From NCBI GenBank assembly GCA_011524645.1, contig WTJY01000025.1, positions 1 through 19,459 of the forward strand: a stretch of DNA of 19,459 bases, written 5' to 3'. This DNA is from Anaerolineales bacterium (GTDB lineage Bacteria; Chloroflexota; Anaerolineae; Promineifilales; Promineifilaceae). The position numbers and the translations under genes were made by a program. A model generated the notes under the pieces. It saw nothing but the letters and a program-made list of their open reading frames with translations, ran no database searches and was not told the origin of the DNA. Shown here piece by piece: positions 15,289 through 19,459 of this stretch (position 1 is the first letter of the stretch; every line of letters begins with the position of its first letter).

Positions 15289-16365
15289 TTACTCGACTTC
15301 AATTTTCATGGTCCAGCCGTAGGGGTCTTCTTTACGGCCAAATTGAATCGCGGTCAATTCATCGTACAAATGTTGGGCCACAGGACCAACGTTGGTTTCG
15401 TCAAGACAGTAATCTTTGCCACGATAGCCGAAACGGCCGACCGGTGACACAACAACGGCCGTCCCACAGCCGAACACCTCTGTAATCGCGCCTGATTCGA
15501 TATCCGCCAACATTTGCTCGACTTCAATCATCTCTTCGACCACTTCATATCCTAAATCGGGTGCCATTTTTAGCAAGGAATCGCGCGTAATGCCGGGAAG
15601 AATGCTACCGGTCAATTTCGGGGTAACGATTTTCTTACCCCCATAGACAAACATAATGTTCATCGTGCCAACTTCCTCAACGTATTTTCCTTGAGCCGAG
15701 TCGATCCAAAGCACTTGAACATATCCTTTTTGCTTCGCTTGCTCAGATGCGATCATGCTGGCCGCATAGTTGCCACCCGTTTTGGCCGCACCGGTCCCAC
15801 CATGCGCAGCACGACGATACTCATCGGAAATATAGACAGCAACAGGTGCCATACCACTCGCGTAATAGTTCCCAACAGGGCCAACAATGACGAAGTGCTT
15901 GTAGCGTGAACTCGCGCGCATCCCCAAGGCGGAATCTGTCGCGATCATGGTCGGCCGAACATAGAGGCTAGACCCAGCGGCCGACGGGACCCATTCTTGT
16001 TCGATTTCAACCAATTTGGCGATCGAAGCGACATGATCTTCGACATCTACCATAGGCATGCTCATGCGTGACGCGGAATTATTAAATCGCTTGGCATTTT
16101 CCCACGGCCGAAACAAATTCACATGACCATCGGGGCGGCGGTACGCTTTTAACCCTTCAAAAATTTCTTGTCCATAGTGAAACACCGAAGAGGCGGGGCT
16201 CATGGTGAAATCGCTATAAGCTCCGATTTTCGCCTCACCCCAAGACCCATCAGCATATTCTTGGCTATACATGCGGTTCGCGAAAACGTTCCCAAATCCG
16301 AAATCTTCAGGAACAGGGCGTAGTTGGCTCTCATCTAGTTTTTCAATTTTAATGTCCATTATCAT
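15289..16365 (-). CDS. ilvE: Branched-chain amino acid aminotransferase (fold-type IV PLP enzyme, long-form ~360 aa).
   Basis: 358 aa with GAGAGGA upstream of the ATG. Family-typical motifs include YGQEIFEGLKAYRRPDG and FRPWENAKRF. Confidence 0.85.
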   Translation of the reverse strand: MIMDIKIEKLDESQLRPVPEDFGFGNVFANRMYSQEYADGSWGEAKIGAYSDFTMSPASSVFHYGQEIFEGLKAYRRPDGHVNLFRPWENAKRFNNSASRMSMPMVDVEDHVASIAKLVEIEQEWVPSAAGSSLYVRPTMIATDSALGMRASSRYKHFVIVGPVGNYYASGMAPVAVYISDEYRRAAHGGTGAAKTGGNYAASMIASEQAKQKGYVQVLWIDSAQGKYVEEVGTMNIMFVYGGKKIVTPKLTGSILPGITRDSLLKMAPDLGYEVVEEMIEVEQMLADIESGAITEVFGCGTAVVVSPVGRFGYRGKDYCLDETNVGPVAQHLYDELTAIQFGRKEDPYGWTMKIEVE

Positions 16366-16418
16366 CCTCTCAACTCATGGGATTTATCACACATTTTTGT
16401 GTCATTGATCTGGGCGAT

Positions 16419-16447
16419 AGTTTACCGAAATTTGCCAGTGCTGTCAT
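16419..16447 (-). promoter_or_regulatory. Candidate sigma70-type promoter for ilvE.
   Basis: On the minus strand ATGACA, then 17 nt, then TAAACT, about 55 nt upstream of the ilvE start. A direct repeat cacaat-cgat-cacaat lies adjacent at 16448..16465. Confidence 0.25.
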
Positions 16448-16573
16448 CTCACAATCGATCACAATGGCCTAGGACAATGGAAGGGGATTGAATCGTCAAT
16501 GGCAAATTGTCAATGAAAGCGTTCTACCCAGCGAATCGCCCTCATTTACCATTTATAATTTTTTCTCTAAATT

Positions 16574-17089
16574 CTATGCACGAGCGCAAAGCCCAACAAT
16601 CTCATCCGCAATCTGCTCTGGTGTTTTCCCCATCGTATCGATCTGTGTGTATTGTCCATATTTCTCAGCACGTGCAGTTAACAGCTCCAAAATCCGGCCG
16701 CGCGGGTCCGGCACATTAAGCAACGGCCGTGCTTGCCCCTCATCGGCCAACACCCGACGCAGAATCTCTTCCGCGGGTGCGGTCAAACAAAAAATATCGC
16801 AAGTCGGCCGGAATACCGCCCCATTCGCCGGATCAAGCATCATGCCACCACCGGTCGAAATCAACAGCCCTGATTGAGCCGCTAAACGCACAGCCGTCTC
16901 TCGCTCAAGCTGTCGAAAAGCGGCTTCACCCTCTTCTGCAAAAATTTCAGGAATCGTTTTACCGCTCGTTTCCTCGATAATCACATCGGTATCAACTAAT
17001 TGATAACCTAGCTTTTGCGCCAAAAGACGGCCGACCGTCGATTTGCCGGTCCCCATAAAGCCGGTTAGTACGATATTACGCCTTATCAT
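16574..17089 (-). CDS. aroK: Shikimate kinase.
   Basis: Walker A is GFMGTGKST. LVDTDVIIEE and ISTGGG are shikimate-kinase motifs. Start placed at MIRRNIVLTG. Its ATG overlaps the upstream gene's TGA as ATGA at 17086..17089, which suggests translational coupling. The track ORF extends 27 codons further upstream inside the upstream gene. Confidence 0.8.
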   Translation of the reverse strand: MIRRNIVLTGFMGTGKSTVGRLLAQKLGYQLVDTDVIIEETSGKTIPEIFAEEGEAAFRQLERETAVRLAAQSGLLISTGGGMMLDPANGAVFRPTCDIFCLTAPAEEILRRVLADEGQARPLLNVPDPRGRILELLTARAEKYGQYTQIDTMGKTPEQIADEIVGLCARA

Positions 17090-18735
17090 TTCTTGTCTTT
17101 CCCTGTAAGGGTACGGCTTAAATAGATCAAAGTGCCAGATAAAAGACCTGCGCCCGCAAGCACGCTCCAATTGAGAAACCCGACCCGCCGTTCTAAACGA
17201 TCTAAGCGACGGAGCGCCTGTGGGTCATGGCTTTGAATGCGCAGTTTGCCCGACTCGGCGGCCGCGACAACCCGTTGAATCTGGCTCGGCAATTTAAGAT
17301 AAGGCTGCACCCGCTGTAACAAATCGGTAAATGATTCGATTGAAAAATCGATATTGGTTTGCTCGCGGGCAATCAACTGGATCCCATATTTTTCGATTTG
17401 ATGCCACGGATTGATATCGGGATGGAGTGATGAGGCGATTCCCGCCAAAATACCGAGTGCACGGCCGAGGTAGACAAAATTCTGGGGCACTTGGAACGGG
17501 AAATCGAACAAAATATCGCGAAATTCCATCCCCACTTCTTTGATTTCTTCAGGATCGGGATTGCTCAGTTCGCGCAGATTCCGGCCGTCAAGCCGCATCA
17601 TAATATTTTCTTGGGCTTCGATAATCCGCTCTAAATCGGTCCCCGGCAAGAAAAAGCCCATTTTGTCATAGGCGTAAATAATTTTACGGGCATCTTTTTG
17701 CACCAACCCCATGAGAACTTGCCCCATATTTTGCACCAGTTCTGGTGGCAAACGGCCGATCATACCGAAATCGATAAAGATAATTTGGTAGGGCCGAGAT
17801 TTACCCGATCCGGCCGGAACAGGCGGGCCAACCGGCCGAATAAAGACATTCCCTGGGTGGGGGTCCGCGTGATAAATCCCATGTGTAAAGAGCTGATAGA
17901 GATACACTTCGATCAACTCATCAGCCACTTTCGTTTCGTCAATACCGGCTGCGCGGATCGCCTCTATATTATTAATTTTAGGGTTTTCTACATTTTCCAG
18001 AACGATGGCCCGTTCCGAGCATAGTTCTTCATAGACTTTGGGGACATAGACATTTTTTTTGTCGGCAAATAGCTTGGTAAACAGCTTCACATTGCGAACT
18101 TCTTGAATGTAGTCTAGCTCTTCCCACAGCGTTTCGGCGAACTCTTCCATTAAGGCGGGAACATCGGCACGTTTCCGAATCCGTTCGTAGCGCATTACCC
18201 AAGGGGCGACGGTGCGCAAGGCTGCCAAATCGGTCTGCACGATCGCTTCAATATTGGGCCGCTGAATTTTTATGACCACATTTTCCCCATCGGGAAGCTT
18301 GGCCCGCATCGTTTGTCCGAAAGAAGCGGCCGCGAGCGGTTGCATCTCAACTTCGGCAAAATTATCCGCGATATTGGGATATTCTCGTTTCAGGGCACGG
18401 CGTAAAACCGGTAAGGGAATCGCAGGCACTTCGTCTTGAAGCCCCTGTAGCTCTTCAGTCACTTCAGGAGGCAAAACGTCTACGCGGGCGCTTAAAAATT
18501 GGCCCAGTTTGATCATGACCCCACCCATTTCGATGGAAAGCGCGCGGAAATTTTGTGCAATACGACGGAAGCGACGCGGCCGTGAATTGACCACCAAACG
18601 ACGAATAATCGCGAAACGGCCGAGGAAGACATCGACAACGGCCAATTGTAGAATAATGCCACCAAAGAAGCGCACAATGCGCCAATAGCGGGCACGATCA
18701 ATATAGAAATTACGTTTGTCTTGGTCTTTGGCCAT
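17086..18735 (-). CDS. ABC1/UbiB-family atypical protein kinase (ADCK/AarF-like).
   Basis: 549 aa. The ABC1 kinase-like core is present (Ala-rich glycine-loop equivalent, VIKIQRP, HADPHPGN and IDFG motifs). C-terminal hydrophobic segment. Confidence 0.8.
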   Translation of the reverse strand: MAKDQDKRNFYIDRARYWRIVRFFGGIILQLAVVDVFLGRFAIIRRLVVNSRPRRFRRIAQNFRALSIEMGGVMIKLGQFLSARVDVLPPEVTEELQGLQDEVPAIPLPVLRRALKREYPNIADNFAEVEMQPLAAASFGQTMRAKLPDGENVVIKIQRPNIEAIVQTDLAALRTVAPWVMRYERIRKRADVPALMEEFAETLWEELDYIQEVRNVKLFTKLFADKKNVYVPKVYEELCSERAIVLENVENPKINNIEAIRAAGIDETKVADELIEVYLYQLFTHGIYHADPHPGNVFIRPVGPPVPAGSGKSRPYQIIFIDFGMIGRLPPELVQNMGQVLMGLVQKDARKIIYAYDKMGFFLPGTDLERIIEAQENIMMRLDGRNLRELSNPDPEEIKEVGMEFRDILFDFPFQVPQNFVYLGRALGILAGIASSLHPDINPWHQIEKYGIQLIAREQTNIDFSIESFTDLLQRVQPYLKLPSQIQRVVAAAESGKLRIQSHDPQALRRLDRLERRVGFLNWSVLAGAGLLSGTLIYLSRTLTGKDKK

Positions 18736-19083
18736 AAGGGTACTTTCTGATTAGTTTATCATGACCTAGTATCACAGAAAATCAGGCGGGGGGCCACTTT
18801 CTTGCTTCGTTCCTATGATAAAGCGAACAGAAGACCAACTCTAAAATAAATACCGGATAATCGCACAAATTGTCAGTAAATCACCTCTAAAAAGCGGTCA
18901 TCACCGCCTACATTTTTACCCCCTCGGCAATGCCCAAAACTTCAGCCAGCGGCCGATCCTCCCCATCGATCAACGACTCATCTTTATAATCTTTTAGGCT
19001 CTTTATATATTTCAAGAAGTTGCAAACTCACGCTGTTTTACGCCTCTATCCCTTGGGGGGGAGGGAAAAATTCCTAGCCCTGT

Positions 19084-19235
19084 CGGATTTGGTGGGACTT
19101 GATCAATTAACGATTGTCATTCCCACGAAGGTGGGAATCCAACTCTGTTTGAGCGGTGGATCCCCGCCTACGCGGGGATGACACCCCTGTAAATCGACTA
19201 TTTTTGAACGATTTACACTTATCCCACCAAATTCG
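19084..19235. repeat. ~150-bp element bounded by a 14-bp imperfect inverted repeat and containing two tandem 8-bp-stem hairpins. Possible second MITE/REP-like element.
   Basis: Left arm cggatttggtggga and right arm tcccaccaaattcg (13 of 14 complementary). Internal hairpins are attcccac-gaag-gtgggaat (19119..19138) and atccccgc-ctac-gcggggat (19160..19179). No flanking direct repeat was found. Confidence 0.35.
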
Positions 19236-19272
19236 GCAGTATCAGTTTTTAATTCGTGCCGGATAAAAAGCG

Positions 19273-19345
19273 CCCCTCTCCCAACGGGAGAGGGGCTGAG
19301 GGAGAGGGATAATCCACCTCTCCCAGCCCCTCCTGATAGGAGGGG
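19273..19345. repeat. Pair of GC-rich hairpins (REP-like). The second is the reverse complement of the hairpin at 11927..11945.
   Basis: cccctctcc-caacg-ggagagggg (19273..19295) and cccctcct-gat-aggagggg (19327..19345). Confidence 0.5.
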
Positions 19346-19459
19346 AGCAAATCCAAACAGACTGTTCGCATTGGCGAATGTATTGTTGTTTGTACGTCAT
19401 TTGATACCCGTTGTAAGAGATTTATCAAAATATGATATTTTGTACTCTTTTACTGCTTC

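Noticed and set aside
14828-15485. ORFs 14828..15196 (+), 14857..15066 (-), 15063..15266 (-), 15202..15447 (+), 15222..15485 (+) around the ilvE/SPFH junction.
   Set aside because: They overlap the SPFH N-terminus or ilvE C-terminus, or are read through the GTATGAA repeat array (Tyr/Phe/Ile-rich low complexity). None has start-site support.
16488-16980. Plus-strand ORFs 16488..16877, 16507..16719, 16729..16980, plus 17698..18024 (+), 18464..18685 and 18513..18701 (-).
   Set aside because: Antisense or off-frame within aroK and the ABC1-kinase gene. No domain signatures.
1-19459. Looked for CRISPR arrays, tRNA/rRNA genes (T-loop GGTTCGAATCC-like motifs, cloverleaf-sized GC islands) and integrase, transposase or reverse-transcriptase ORFs.
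   Set aside because: No regularly spaced identical repeats with unique spacers. No tRNA-like conserved loops (the one ttcgaatc string at 10194 is the ribosome-binding region of the RRM gene). No ORF with recombinase or transposase motifs. The mobile signals here are non-autonomous (MITE/REP-like) only.

Overview
This 19.5-kb window reads as a chromosomal segment, probably from a Chloroflexi-like bacterium. Pointers to that lineage: an auracyanin-type blue-copper lipoprotein, a very large DUF2723/GT-C-like membrane glycosyltransferase, an RRM/glycine-rich RNA-binding protein, weak or absent Shine-Dalgarno sites on several genes, and a strong enrichment of the palindrome CGGCCG. Gene content, left to right: (i) a lower-GC, CGGCCG-poor block (1..~4190) carrying two secreted proteins of unknown function and the first of two tandem paralogous AAA+ ATPase/DUF234 genes. 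(ii) The second ATPase paralog. The pair is bracketed by two copies of a 79-bp structured direct repeat, and both paralogs have near-identical AT-rich upstream motifs. (iii) A cupredoxin, then the ~970-codon glycosyltransferase, which is interrupted by a single in-frame TAA. (iv) The RRM protein, an NBR1-like-domain lipoprotein and folB. (v) A ~205-bp MITE-like element with 15-bp perfect terminal inverted repeats and a 9-bp direct duplication. (vi) A minus-strand housekeeping cluster: polysaccharide deacetylase, membrane protein, SPFH/band-7 protein, ilvE, aroK and a UbiB/ABC1-kinase. (vii) A hairpin-rich non-coding tail. No rRNA, tRNA or CRISPR was recognised. The most notable items are the repeat-flanked tandem ATPase/putative-nuclease pair, the MITE, the compositional island, the interrupted glycosyltransferase, and several REP-like hairpin and iteron arrays. 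All functional calls are motif-level inferences made by eye; no searches could be run.
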